A DNA stretch of 64,000 nucleotides from Acidiferrobacterales bacterium. Lineage in GTDB: Bacteria > Pseudomonadota > Gammaproteobacteria > Acidiferrobacterales > SPGG2. Made by a program: the position numbers and the translations under genes. The DNA lies in contig JBHHZP010000001.1 of NCBI GenBank assembly GCA_046758085.1, positions 3,471 to 67,470 of the forward strand. Reading direction: 5' to 3'. Of this stretch, positions 37,760-48,106 are shown in pieces. The notes under the pieces were generated by a model. That model was given only the letters and a program-made list of their open reading frames with translations. It had not been told where the DNA came from and ran no database searches. How positions within the stretch are numbered: position 1 is the stretch's first letter; every line of letters begins with the position of its first letter.

Positions 37760-38024
37760 TCCGGTTAATACCGCACACTCACCGTGGAGGCCACGATGAT
37801 CACAGAGCAAACGAATATGCGCACAGTCACGGGCGGCGGCCGACCAGGAATATAAACGATCACGCCATATCCGATTGCACCACCAGGGTGATACTGTTTG
37901 AACATTTTTCTCCGTGCTCTCCTGGCGCTGACCCGGTGCCGTGCGCGGCGCCAACAGCCTGTCACTATGGCCGCGCTCGAAACAGGCCGACCGCGATCAT
38001 GCTTACGTAAGCAGGAGTCTCACA

Positions 38025-38927
38025 ATGAAAACAGGCTTCATTGGATTGGGTGCCATGGGCGCCCCCATGGCGGTTAACCTCCACAAAGCCGGGCAGCTGC
38101 GTGCGGCGTGGAACCGCACACAGGTGACCGCCGCAGCCATAGCCTCCGCGAGCGGACTCGCGCTCGCAGCCGGGCCCGGCCCGCTCGCCCAGGAGTGTGA
38201 CCTCATCATAACGAGTGTCTCCGATGATGCGGCGTTGCTGGAGGTCGTCGATGCGTTGGTGCCTGGCATGGCTGCGGGCAAGATTATGGTAGATACATCG
38301 ACAGTGAGTTCCACGACCGCACGGGAGGCGGCAGCGCGCCTTGCCTCAGTAAACGCCGCCTTTCTGGATGCGCCGGTATCGGGCGGCGTGGAAGGTGCAC
38401 GCCAGGGCAAGCTGGTGATGATGGTCGGCGGCGATGCCGCCGTGCTTGCACGTGCGCGCGCGGTCTTGTCTGCTGTGGCATCCAAGATCACCCACATCGG
38501 ACCGGTGGGCAGCGGTCAGGGGGTGAAGGCCGTGAATCAACTGATGGTGGCCGGAATCAACCAGGCGGTGGCGGAATCACTCGCATTCGGGCAGGCCCTG
38601 GGCTTGCCGATGGACAAGGTGATCGATGTCCTGGGGACCGGCGCGGCATCCAGCTGGTTCCTGGCGCACCGCGGTGCGAGCATGCTCAATCATGAGTTCG
38701 TCCCCGGCTTCAAGGTGGCCCTGCATCACAAGGATCTCTCGATCTGCAAGCACATGGCCGAGTCGTTGGCTGCGCAGCTGCCGCTTGTTGAGATGACCCT
38801 GGTGCATTACAAGCGATTGATGGAGGCAGGATTGGGGGACGCCGACATATCCGCGTTGTTCCACCAGAAAAAATCGCTTTTCGGTGACGGCAACTCCGCT
38901 CAAGGCGTCCTTACCCCTCCCGTTTGA
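38025..38927 (+). CDS. NAD(P)-dependent beta-hydroxyacid dehydrogenase family oxidoreductase (3-hydroxyisobutyrate dehydrogenase-like), about 300 aa
   Basis: MKTGFIGLGAMGAPMAVNL Rossmann start. ATG 38025 is preceded by gcaggag. Substrate not assignable. Confidence 0.75.
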   Translation: MKTGFIGLGAMGAPMAVNLHKAGQLRAAWNRTQVTAAAIASASGLALAAGPGPLAQECDLIITSVSDDAALLEVVDALVPGMAAGKIMVDTSTVSSTTAREAAARLASVNAAFLDAPVSGGVEGARQGKLVMMVGGDAAVLARARAVLSAVASKITHIGPVGSGQGVKAVNQLMVAGINQAVAESLAFGQALGLPMDKVIDVLGTGAASSWFLAHRGASMLNHEFVPGFKVALHHKDLSICKHMAESLAAQLPLVEMTLVHYKRLMEAGLGDADISALFHQKKSLFGDGNSAQGVLTPPV

Positions 38928-39501
38928 CCTTGAGCCGCAACGCCTCGATGCCGAGCTCGCGCAGGCGCGCGTTGGCGGTATTGAGCTCCGCGAGGTTATC
39001 GTACGGTCCCAGGCGCACGCGGTAGAACTCGCCTTTTCCCTCAATCGTTACTTTCTGGATGTGCGTGACCAGGCCATTCAATGCGAGCCTTGCCTTTAGA
39101 CGGTCGGCATCCTCGAACCTGGCAAACGACGCCGCCTGCAGGACATAACGCACACTAGCGTCCGGTGCTTTTACTGGCTTTTTTTGCGGCAACGGCTCCG
39201 CCTCCGGCAGCACGGTCTCGATCTCCGGCAAGATGGTGTAGAAATCGAACTTGGGCATGCGAACTTTAGTCGGGCTTGCAGCGCTAGGAATCTTCGTGTT
39301 GCTTCGATCCGGCGGCTTGTGCGCGCGGCTGATGAGTGTGCCCAAACCACTACCGGGCGAGGTACCGCGGTAGGCAAAAACCGTGACCAGCGCGGTTAGC
39401 ACGATACCGATCGTTAGACCGAGTACCAGAAACGCCCACGGCGGCAGTTTCTTGATTTTGCGGCGCCGTCTTGCCGTCTTGGCGCGTTTCTTGCGGACCA
39501 T
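38911..39501 (-). CDS. SPOR domain-containing membrane protein, 196 aa
   Basis: Basic N-terminus plus a TM helix, and a C-terminal SPOR-like YVLQAASFARFEDADRLKARLALNG ... YRVRLGPY. Confidence 0.75.
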   Translation of the reverse strand: MVRKKRAKTARRRRKIKKLPPWAFLVLGLTIGIVLTALVTVFAYRGTSPGSGLGTLISRAHKPPDRSNTKIPSAASPTKVRMPKFDFYTILPEIETVLPEAEPLPQKKPVKAPDASVRYVLQAASFARFEDADRLKARLALNGLVTHIQKVTIEGKGEFYRVRLGPYDNLAELNTANARLRELGIEALRLKVKREG

Positions 39502-39511
39502 GCGTTTTATC

Positions 39512-41269
39512 CTACATGCTCTGCGGTGCGGATACCGCCAGCAAGCCCAGGCCGTTGGCGATCACCTGCCGTGTTGCGCCGATGAGGTTCAGCCGTGCGT
39601 CGCGCACGTCCGCGGAGTCGACCAGAAACGTATGCGCGTTATAATAAGTATGGAAGTCATTCGCCAGCTCGCGAAGGTAATGACACAGCTGATGCGGTTC
39701 ATACATCGTTGCCGCTGCTTCAACCACTTCCGGGTAGCGCGCCAACGTCGCAAGCAGTGCCTGCTCGTGCGCCTCCACCAGAAGCTCTACATGGGCGAGA
39801 CCGTTTTCCCGGTCGTAAGCCAGGTTTTTTTCCTTTAGCTGGTGGAACACGCTACATATGCGCGCATGCGCATATTGCACGTAATAAACCGGATTGTCGG
39901 CAGACTGTGACTTAGCTAAATCGATATCAAAGTCCATGTGCTGTTCGCACTTGCGCATGACGTAGAAAAAGCGGGCAGCGTCTTTACCGACCTCGCGAAC
40001 CAGTTCCCGCAGCGTGACAAACTCGCCGCTGCGGGTAGACATCTGTACCTTTTCGCCACCGCGATAAAGCGTGGCGAACTGCACCAGCAAGACATGCAGC
40101 CTCGAGGCATCGTCACCGATGGCCGTGAGCGCCGCCTTCACACGTGGCACGTAGCCGTGGTGATCAGCACCCCATACATCGATTACCTGCTCATACCCGC
40201 GCTCGAGCTTATCCATGTGATAGGCGATATCCGATGCAAAGTAAGTGGTCTGGCCGTTCTCGCGCACGACCACGCGGTTCTTCTCGTCACCGTAATCCGT
40301 CGAGCGGAACCACAAGGCGCCACCTTGCTCGTACACATGCCCCGACCTTCGCAAGCGTTCGATGGCACGATCCACCGCGCCACTGTCCGTAAGCGAGCGT
40401 TCGGAGAACCACAGGTCGTAGACCACGCCAAACTCCTCGAGGTCCCGGTGTATATCGACTAGTATGATGCTTAGCGCCCGGTCGTAGATAACACGATACA
40501 GTTGCTCCCCGAGTAACAGCTTGGCGCGCGTAATCAGTGCGTCAATGTGGATCTCATTGTCACCTTCGGGTGCATCCGCGGGCACGTCGTGCAAGACCTG
40601 CGAGGCGCGACATAGCAACGCCGCAGCGTGCTCGCGATGGAGTTCGGCGGCGATGTCATAGACATAATCGCCTGCGTAGCCGCTCTTGGGAAAGCTGATC
40701 TCCTCACCACACAGCTCGAGGCAGCGCAACCACACGCTGGTGGCGAGGATGTCCATCTGGCGCCCGGCATCATTTACGTAATACTCGCGGTGCACCTTGA
40801 ATCCAACCGCCTCTAATAAGTCTGCCACCGTCGCGCCGTAGGCGGCGCCGCGCCCGTGACCCACGTGCAATGGCCCGGTGGGATTGGCGGAGACAAACTC
40901 GACCTGCACCGCACGCCCGCCGCCGAGATGGCTGCGACCGTAATCAACGCCGGCATCCAGGATCTCGCGCACCACGGTTTGGAGTGCGCCCTTGGTGAGG
41001 ACGAAATTAATAAATCCGGGCCCAGCGATGTTTACGTGCTCGACATGCCCGGAATCGGGAAGCCGCTTCACGATCTCTTGCGCAAGCTCGCGCGGAGGCA
41101 CGTGTGCCTTTGCGGCGAGCGCCAATGCCACGTTGCTGGCAAAATCGCCGTACCCCTCGTGGCGCGGGTGTTCGACGCTGATTGTTACGCCGTGGTTCGC
41201 CACCAGCACGCCGTCGCGTTCCAATTCCGCTATGGCCTCGGTGAGCAATTTGCGCAGATGTTGTTTCAC
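39512..41269 (-). CDS. argS: Arginine--tRNA ligase, 585 aa
   Basis: Class I HIGH-type motif [11 protein letters not shown], an anticodon-binding DALR C-terminal domain, and typical length. Confidence 0.93.
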   Translation of the reverse strand: MKQHLRKLLTEAIAELERDGVLVANHGVTISVEHPRHEGYGDFASNVALALAAKAHVPPRELAQEIVKRLPDSGHVEHVNIAGPGFINFVLTKGALQTVVREILDAGVDYGRSHLGGGRAVQVEFVSANPTGPLHVGHGRGAAYGATVADLLEAVGFKVHREYYVNDAGRQMDILATSVWLRCLELCGEEISFPKSGYAGDYVYDIAAELHREHAAALLCRASQVLHDVPADAPEGDNEIHIDALITRAKLLLGEQLYRVIYDRALSIILVDIHRDLEEFGVVYDLWFSERSLTDSGAVDRAIERLRRSGHVYEQGGALWFRSTDYGDEKNRVVVRENGQTTYFASDIAYHMDKLERGYEQVIDVWGADHHGYVPRVKAALTAIGDDASRLHVLLVQFATLYRGGEKVQMSTRSGEFVTLRELVREVGKDAARFFYVMRKCEQHMDFDIDLAKSQSADNPVYYVQYAHARICSVFHQLKEKNLAYDRENGLAHVELLVEAHEQALLATLARYPEVVEAAATMYEPHQLCHYLRELANDFHTYYNAHTFLVDSADVRDARLNLIGATRQVIANGLGLLAVSAPQSM

Positions 41270-41368
41270 CGCCTCTTCAGGTTCCAGGGTGGAGGGGATA
41301 TTACAAGGGGTGCCGATTCTACAGAGCCGGTGACGTCATTCAAAGCGCGAACGCACGCATTGGGCCAT

Positions 41369-43540
41369 CTAACCTTGCGGTAAGGGAAGGTGGGCGGTAC
41401 GAAGGTAGTAGCTGCTAACTGGGTCATTTACGGCTTTGCGCAAGTGCTCGAAGATCGGAATCGCTTGATCGGGTTCGTTCCGGCGCACGAGCTCGTATGC
41501 GCGTTGATACTCGGCAAGCCAGTCCATGCGTGTATAGCCATCGGCATGCATGAGCTCATAGATCTTTACCGGTTCACTCCTTCCCCTGACCGTCGTTACG
41601 TCAATCTCGCGAATGTACTTGAACTCCTCGCGTACCTGGTCGTATGTAAACTCGCTCATAAGAATGTGCGTGCCGTAGGTCTTGTTCAGAGCCTCTATGC
41701 GCGACCCCAGGTTCACGGAGTCGCCGATTACAGTGTAATCAAACCGATTCTCCGAGCCCATGTTGCCAACGACCATGGCGCCCGTATTAATACCGATCCC
41801 GATATCCAGGATCGGTAGTCCCTGCTCCTTCCAGGTGGCTTGCAGGTGGCGCAGCTCATCGAGCATATCCAGCGCCGTGCGGCAGGCCAGGACGGCGTGG
41901 TCGTCCCGGCGGATCGGCGCGCCGTAAACGGCCATGATGGCATCCCCGATATATTTGTCCAGCAGGCCATCATGCTTGAAGACTTTTTCGGTCATTTGCG
42001 TAAGGTAGACATTCAGCAATCGAACCAGCTCCTCGGGCGCCAATGACTGGGCGACCGAAGTGAACCTGCGAATATCGGAAAACAACACTGTGAGCACGCG
42101 CTTCTCACCACCGAGTCTGAGCCGTTCGACATTGTCGATGATGTCATCGACCACCGCTGGTGGCACGTAGTGCTGGAAGGCCGACTTGATCTGCCGTTTG
42201 CCTGTCTCTGCACTCAGATACTTGGCGATGGTCGAGGTCACGAACAGGGCGAGGACCAGAACAGAAGGATAAACGAGATTCAACCAGACGAGCTGCACAT
42301 GGAACACAACGACGGCGATGCCTAAATATGCTGCCAACAGCGCCACTGTAAGACCAGCCCCGCTCCACATGCCCATACGCGGCATCGCATAGGCCAGCAA
42401 CCCGCCCAGCAAGACAATAACGAGTGCATCGACGGCCAGCATCCACCCTGGTCGATTGACAAAATCACTGTCGAGAATGTTTTGCATGGTGCTTGCGCGG
42501 ATCTCGACCCCAGGGAAGATGGGACCGTAAGGGGTTACACGGATATCGCCAATGCCCTCGGCGGTGGCCCCGATCAACACGATCTTGCCCTTAATCTTTT
42601 CGGCGGGGACGTTGCCGTTCATCAAATCGGCGATCGAGATCGTGGGGATAGTTTGCTCCGGGCCGTAGTAGTGGATCAGCGCGCGACCGGACTCGTCGGT
42701 GTTGATGAGCCGATTGCCGATCTGCAGGGCAGTGATTCCATAATCGGTGGCATGTAGAAGGATGTCCTCCGCGCCGAGATAGGCGCGCACGGCTTGCACA
42801 TCGGCCGATGGGAAAAACATGTCTTTGTAGCGAATGACCAGCGGCGCCCAGCGCAGAGTGCCGTCCGGATCCGGAATGCTGTTGATATGGCCAGTATATT
42901 GGGCGCTGGATCGTATTTGCGGCAGATTGGCCATAAGGCCGGCAGGCTCGACCATCGGAAAGTCTAGGCCGGTGTCGCCACTCACCTGGAAGGCCCGAAC
43001 TGCCTGGTCTTTGACATGCGCGAAGGCCTCGTCCGACTCTCCCGGCGGACGCTGGCGCGCCTCTTCTTCCGACATCAGGAAAACCATGCTGAGAACGACC
43101 TTGCCGCTGACGGCGATAGCGCGTCCGAGCGCGGCGTCTGCCGCCAACGCCTGCTTCAAGGAGGCAAAGGGGCTGTTTTTGCCGCTGACGTGTCGCTCCG
43201 ACTCCAGTTTTTCGATCTGACGCAACAGCGCCTCGTTTTCCGACTCCGGGAAGAAGGCATCCAAGGCGATGACGCGCGCAGCGAGCGCATCGAGCTTGCC
43301 GATGAGATCGGCCAGTACCACCCGGCTCCACGGCCAGCGCCCCAGCGTGGCGAGACTCTGCTCATCGATGGCGGCGATGACGACATCCCCGGAGGGAATA
43401 CGCGTACCTTGGGCTACCAGGCGCATGTCATAGGTCTTGAGCTCCAAGGTATCGAGCAACTGGTTGCCCCGCAGATACATTAGGAGGATGATCAGGCTAA
43501 TACCTCCCAGGACAAAACCGATTTGTCGGGTAGAGAGCAT
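41369..43540 (-). CDS. CHASE2 sensor-domain class III adenylate/guanylate cyclase, 723 aa
   Basis: N-terminal TM, a periplasmic CHASE2-like region, three TM helices, then cyclase motifs LTVLFSDIRRFT and GDAIMAVYGAP. Confidence 0.8.
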   Translation of the reverse strand: MLSTRQIGFVLGGISLIILLMYLRGNQLLDTLELKTYDMRLVAQGTRIPSGDVVIAAIDEQSLATLGRWPWSRVVLADLIGKLDALAARVIALDAFFPESENEALLRQIEKLESERHVSGKNSPFASLKQALAADAALGRAIAVSGKVVLSMVFLMSEEEARQRPPGESDEAFAHVKDQAVRAFQVSGDTGLDFPMVEPAGLMANLPQIRSSAQYTGHINSIPDPDGTLRWAPLVIRYKDMFFPSADVQAVRAYLGAEDILLHATDYGITALQIGNRLINTDESGRALIHYYGPEQTIPTISIADLMNGNVPAEKIKGKIVLIGATAEGIGDIRVTPYGPIFPGVEIRASTMQNILDSDFVNRPGWMLAVDALVIVLLGGLLAYAMPRMGMWSGAGLTVALLAAYLGIAVVVFHVQLVWLNLVYPSVLVLALFVTSTIAKYLSAETGKRQIKSAFQHYVPPAVVDDIIDNVERLRLGGEKRVLTVLFSDIRRFTSVAQSLAPEELVRLLNVYLTQMTEKVFKHDGLLDKYIGDAIMAVYGAPIRRDDHAVLACRTALDMLDELRHLQATWKEQGLPILDIGIGINTGAMVVGNMGSENRFDYTVIGDSVNLGSRIEALNKTYGTHILMSEFTYDQVREEFKYIREIDVTTVRGRSEPVKIYELMHADGYTRMDWLAEYQRAYELVRRNEPDQAIPIFEHLRKAVNDPVSSYYLRTAHLPLPQG

Positions 43541-43605
43541 GAATCGCTAGATGCGGTCGCAGGCAGCTCGCCTCACATCGCTGCCATAGGGCGTGGGGGC
43601 ATTGT

Positions 43606-44123
43606 ATGAGATCGGACTCTGTACCTGTTAGCCTTAAGTATAAGTGCAAACGCGCGCGTGCTGCATTTTCGCGTGCCCCGGTCGTCCTCGTGGCGCCGCT
43701 TGTGTCTCACGGCATCGCGACCACCGCGGCCGACACTGCTGAGTTCAAACTCTCTAAAACGATTCCCGCCGGGAGCGGGGACGAGACGCGATTTTCGCAG
43801 GTCACGGGCATGTTCGTCGATGCCGAAGTACGATCCGTTTGACGGATAGCAAATCCGGAAAGCTCGTCAATCTCGGCCCCTCCGCAGTCAGTGCGACCCC
43901 CGTCGTCGGCAAGGACGCGCCGTTTCGATCTACCCAGCTCGGCGGGCTCGCGCCTATGGGCGATTCCGCCATCGTCGTCGCCAGCTCCGGCGATAGCGCG
44001 CTGGCGGTGATCGACAAGGCCGGTAAGCTGCAATACACCTTAGGGGAGAGCGGCAGCGCGGGTGGTCAGCTCAGCTCCCCGCGCGCAGCTCGCGCTCGGT
44101 CTCGTTTATGTCGAACTGGGTAA
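43606..44123 (+). pseudogene. Decayed gene for a secreted NHL/beta-propeller-like repeat protein
   Basis: Two consecutive ORFs lie in different frames (43606-43842, 43839-44123). VVASSGDSALAVIDKAGKLQYTLGESGSAGGQLSSP looks like an NHL-type blade. The reading frame degenerates again after 44070. Confidence 0.45.
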
Positions 44124-44282
44124 TAAGCAACGGGGAATGAAGTGCGTTGCAATCCTTTACCCGGACCCATCCATCGCACCCGCTCGCTGCTGACGCCCGC
44201 GAGGTGATCCAGCAACTTCAGGCGAGTTAGCCTGGTATCGACTCATCCATCGAGGCAGTTACACCGGATATTTCAGTGCGAA

Positions 44283-44590
44283 TTCACCGCAGAGACCGCA
44301 AAGATCGCAGAGAAAAAACAACTAGACCATTGCTGTTGATGGCAGAGCCAGGGACAAACTGTTATACCGTACCCGCCTCGACGGCAAGAGCAAAGCTGTT
44401 TGAAATCAGGCCTCCGCGTTCTCGCGATCGCTTGTTCCCGACGCGATCTACCTCGGCAACCGCTCCCTGCGTTGCTCTACCTCCTACATCCCTGTAGTCC
44501 TCCTCGACCGCTGTTCCCGACGCGGTCCTACCTCCTCCGTCCCTGGAGTCGTCCGTCCCTGGGGTCGTGCGCTTCGCGCTCTGCGGTGAA
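44283..44590. repeat. MITE-like non-coding element with 12-bp perfect terminal inverted repeats
   Basis: ttcaccgcagag at 44283-44294 is the reverse complement of ctctgcggtgaa at 44579-44590. Internal direct repeats of about 25 nt (gcttgttcccgacgcgatctacctc / gctgttcccgacgcggtcctacctc) lie 80 nt apart. Confidence 0.55.
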
Positions 44591-44644
44591 ATAGTCGGGT
44601 TATTCACCCGGTGTTAGCATAATTGTGCCGCGCTCGCGGCTGCG

Positions 44645-45319
44645 TCACTCTGGTGCGTTGAACTCAGGGAACGGCGCGGGCGCCGGCGATTTAGTTATCG
44701 CTTCAAGCTCCCGGATCGTCGCGCGCCTCATCGGTTTTCCGTCCACCGGGCTCAACGGCGGCTCGCGCGCGCTTTGCGGCTCGAAGACGTACACTTCAAC
44801 GGCAATTGAATCGGCGTTGAAGTGGTAGACCGGACGCGTATCATAGCGTTCACCTCCGTACCGTATACGCCTATCGGTCTCTTCATACGGAATGTTGTGA
44901 TCTTGCAACCAAAGGCCGATCTCCTCGGGTGTGTCGGCGCAGACGTGCAGCTGAACAACGGACTCGGCGGTGACGACGCCGCTTAGCACGGACCCGACCA
45001 AGCGGGGGTCGAACGCGGCGAAAAACCGCATGGCCTCGATGGCCACCATGCGCAACTCGGCCAGTGTGCCCGAGAGTCGTTCAGCGTGGAACAACTGCAG
45101 GTACTCATGCAGGGCTGATTCCACCTCCTGGTTGGCCGGCAAATTCTTGCCGTCAGGTAGATTCAAGCGATTGGCAGCCTTTCTTTTTGCAGTCTGAAAA
45201 TCGCGCACGCCCTCTTCGCACATAATGCGAGCTGCCTCGGCGCTGATGCGCTGACGAACTTGTGCCTCCGCGCGCGCGCCGGTCTTGCTCGCGCGCGCCA
45301 ACGTGGTCTTGCTCGGCAT
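44645..45319 (-). CDS. Cytoplasmic protein of unknown function, translationally coupled to mrcA, 224 aa
   Basis: Its ATG overlaps the mrcA TGA (TGATG at 45317-45321). There is no signal peptide, and no family was recognised with confidence. Confidence 0.6.
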   Translation of the reverse strand: MPSKTTLARASKTGARAEAQVRQRISAEAARIMCEEGVRDFQTAKRKAANRLNLPDGKNLPANQEVESALHEYLQLFHAERLSGTLAELRMVAIEAMRFFAAFDPRLVGSVLSGVVTAESVVQLHVCADTPEEIGLWLQDHNIPYEETDRRIRYGGERYDTRPVYHFNADSIAVEVYVFEPQSAREPPLSPVDGKPMRRATIRELEAITKSPAPAPFPEFNAPE

Positions 45320-47931
45320 CAGAATAGTCCCTTGGGGATCTCTTCGTTTACCGGTGGCGGCGCCGGTGTAATTTCCGCACCGTCTTCATCAGCCATGAAG
45401 GTAACAGGCTCCGTACCCTCGATGAAGTACTCCACGATCGCGCCGGGATCCTCGGGGTCGCGAGGTTCGCCGGTCTCACGGTCAACGCTCAGCGCGACGA
45501 TGCCTGACGGCACCGTTAAGGTCCTCTCTGGCATACCTTTTAGTGCGGTCGTCATGTAATCAATCCAGATCGGCAAAGCGGCGCGCGCGCCGGCCTCGCC
45601 GGGACCCAATGACGCGGGTTGGTCAAAGCCAATCCAGGCCGTCGTGACGATATCCTGCGTAAACCCGGAAAACCACGCGTCGCGGAACTCATTGGTGGTG
45701 CCCGTCTTGCCGGCAAGGTCGGCACGGCCAAGCGCCAGTGCCCGCCGGCCCGTGCCGCGCGCGATAACATCTTTCATGACGGTTGTCATAATAAAGGCGT
45801 TTTCCTTGCTGATAACGCGTGGCGCATAACGAGGCTTGTACGTCTGTGCATCGCTTGTGGTCGTACCCTCGCCGAGTTCGGCAAGCAGCGAATTGACAGC
45901 ATCCGGAGTTCGCCGGTCTGTCGTATCCGTCTGCTTGTCTTCTACGGCATCGTCGGATTCGGGACACTCGGCGCAGATGACCAGCGGGTTGGCCTGCAGC
46001 AGAATGTTGCCGTCGGCATCGTCGATGCGCGTTATGAAGTAGGGTTCGACCTTGTAGCCACCGTTGGCGAACACAGCAAATGCGGTAGCCATCTGTAACG
46101 GTGTGGCCGAGGCGTTGCCGAGTGCCAATGACAGATTATGGGGCAGATCGGCCGGGTCAAAGCCGAATCGTTGTAGATACTCGGCGGCATAGGTGGGCCC
46201 AATCGCCCGCAACAGACGCACCGACACGAGGTTCAATGACAGCGTCAGAGCCTTGCGCAACGGAGTTGGCCCGAAGATCCGGCCGCTGTAATTCTCAGGG
46301 CGCCAGGTATCCTCCAGTCCCTCGGGATCCGCGATTACAATCGGCGCACCACTGACCGCAGTGGCGGTCGTGAAGCCCTTTTCCAGCGCGGCCGAGTAGA
46401 TAAAGGGCTTCAAGTTGGATCCGGGTTGGCGTTCGGCCTGTGTGACCCGATTGAACTTGCTCTGGTCAAAATCAAAACCGCCAGTCAGCGCCAGGATGGC
46501 GCCATCACTGGGTCGCAATGACACCAGAGCACCCGCCACTCGCGGCACCTGGGTCAGCGCCCAGTAGCCTGCCTCTTCTTCTTCGGTTTTCTCACCCTGC
46601 GCCTGCTCCTTACCTCCCTCCGGTTCGACATACTCCAGATAGATGATATCTCCCGGTGCCAGGATATTTGCAGCCTTCTTAGGGGCCGGCCCACGCGCCC
46701 CCTCGTCGATGTATTTGCGCGCCCACGACAAGCCGTTCCAGCCGACTTCCACTACATAACCGTCCTGGGTGTACACTGTTGCCGTCTGCTCATCGAGCGC
46801 CAAGACGATCCCCACCAGCAAATCGCCAATCGAGCGGTACTGCCTCAACACGTCGTCAAGGTAATCCTGATCGAGGTCAGCTTCGGTGATGTCGACATGG
46901 GCCGTTGGGCCATAGTAGCCATGTCGTTGCTCGTAGGCGCGCAAGCCCTTGCGCAACGCGCGGTTGGCCGCTTGCTGATAGTCTGCGCGAATAGTGGTGT
47001 AGATGTGAAAACCACCACCGTAGCTTTCCTCAGCGTACTTATCGACCATGTATTGGCGCACCATCTCCGCCACGTACGGCGCCTCGACGTCGTAGCGCAA
47101 GGCATGTTTGCTGGCCGTCAGCGGCGCTGACACCGCCTCGTTAAAATTGGCCTGATCGACGAATCCAAGCGTCTGCATTCGCTGCAGGACGTAATTGCGC
47201 CGTGCAATCGCACGTTCGGGGTTGCTTATCGGATTATTCCGGGAGGGAGCCTTGGGCAAGCCCGCCAGCATGGCGGTTTCTGGCAGCGTCAGTGCGTCGG
47301 GCCGTTTACCATAATAGACTTGGGCGGCCGCGCCGAACCCGTAGGCACGGTTGCCGAGAAAGATCTTATTTAGATAGAGCTCCAGGATCTCATTCTTGGT
47401 AAGTTGCCGCTCGATCTTGAAGGCGAGCAGGATCTCCTTGATCTTACGCGTATAGGTTTTCTCGGGACTCAAGAAAAAGTTCCGCGCCACCTGCATGGTA
47501 ATTGTGCTCGCCCCCTGGCTGTGGGTACCGCTGCGAAGGTTGGCCCACAATGCGCGTGCAATCCCCAAAATATCGATGCCGTAATGGTTATAAAAATCGT
47601 CATCCTCGGCTGCAAGAATCGCCTTGATCAGCAGATCCGGAACGTCGTCAGCGTCCAACAGTATGCGCTTCTCTTCGCCGAACTCGGCGAGCAGTTTGCC
47701 CTCGGCCGAATATACGCGCATGGGTACTTTGAGCCGCTCTTCGGAAAGCGACAGCACCGAGGGCAGCTTAGGTGTGAGCAGCGTCACGGCCACGGCGAGC
47801 ACCAGTGCCCCGGTGACGAAAAGACCGAGGAGTGCGACCAGCAGAGCTCGCCCTAGCCTACGACGTGGGCCACGCCGCGCCCTGGGTGTGGGACCGGAGT
47901 CGTTATTGGCTTCCATGGACAGGTAGATCAT
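45319..47931 (-). CDS. mrcA: Penicillin-binding protein 1A (bifunctional transglycosylase/transpeptidase), about 870 aa
   Basis: GT51 motifs EDDDFYNHYGID and RKIKEILLA; transpeptidase SxxK (GSNLKPF) and KTGTT. Start is uncertain (ATG 47931, ATG 47916 or TTG 47967). Confidence 0.88.
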   Translation of the reverse strand: MIYLSMEANNDSGPTPRARRGPRRRLGRALLVALLGLFVTGALVLAVAVTLLTPKLPSVLSLSEERLKVPMRVYSAEGKLLAEFGEEKRILLDADDVPDLLIKAILAAEDDDFYNHYGIDILGIARALWANLRSGTHSQGASTITMQVARNFFLSPEKTYTRKIKEILLAFKIERQLTKNEILELYLNKIFLGNRAYGFGAAAQVYYGKRPDALTLPETAMLAGLPKAPSRNNPISNPERAIARRNYVLQRMQTLGFVDQANFNEAVSAPLTASKHALRYDVEAPYVAEMVRQYMVDKYAEESYGGGFHIYTTIRADYQQAANRALRKGLRAYEQRHGYYGPTAHVDITEADLDQDYLDDVLRQYRSIGDLLVGIVLALDEQTATVYTQDGYVVEVGWNGLSWARKYIDEGARGPAPKKAANILAPGDIIYLEYVEPEGGKEQAQGEKTEEEEAGYWALTQVPRVAGALVSLRPSDGAILALTGGFDFDQSKFNRVTQAERQPGSNLKPFIYSAALEKGFTTATAVSGAPIVIADPEGLEDTWRPENYSGRIFGPTPLRKALTLSLNLVSVRLLRAIGPTYAAEYLQRFGFDPADLPHNLSLALGNASATPLQMATAFAVFANGGYKVEPYFITRIDDADGNILLQANPLVICAECPESDDAVEDKQTDTTDRRTPDAVNSLLAELGEGTTTSDAQTYKPRYAPRVISKENAFIMTTVMKDVIARGTGRRALALGRADLAGKTGTTNEFRDAWFSGFTQDIVTTAWIGFDQPASLGPGEAGARAALPIWIDYMTTALKGMPERTLTVPSGIVALSVDRETGEPRDPEDPGAIVEYFIEGTEPVTFMADEDGAEITPAPPPVNEEIPKGLF

Positions 47932-48106
47932 GACCGGAGCTGGACGGCAGGCGTCCGGAGCCGGCAAAGTATAAAGCCAAATCGGCGGCCGCCAAAGGCG
48001 TATTTGTCACTTCCATTCGCAATGGTCTATATTTGGGTGTAGTACTTCACCCTTATTTGTACCTATATCATATAAACAACTGATTTAAAAGGTAAAACGG
48101 TAGTTC

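Noticed and set aside
37765-37905. Possible 46-aa small ORF (MFKQYHPGGAIGYGVIVYIPGRPPPVTVRIFVCSVIIVASTVSVRY) with GGAG 4 nt before its ATG, in the speA-oxidoreductase spacer
   Set aside because: Third-position GC looks lower than in neighbouring genes, the SD spacing is short and no family is recognised. It is not reportable without conservation or ribosome-profiling evidence.
44430-44534. Direct repeats that might suggest a CRISPR-like array
   Set aside because: There are only two imperfect ~25-nt copies 80 nt apart, inside a TIR-bounded element. There is no regular repeat-spacer periodicity and no cas genes in the window.
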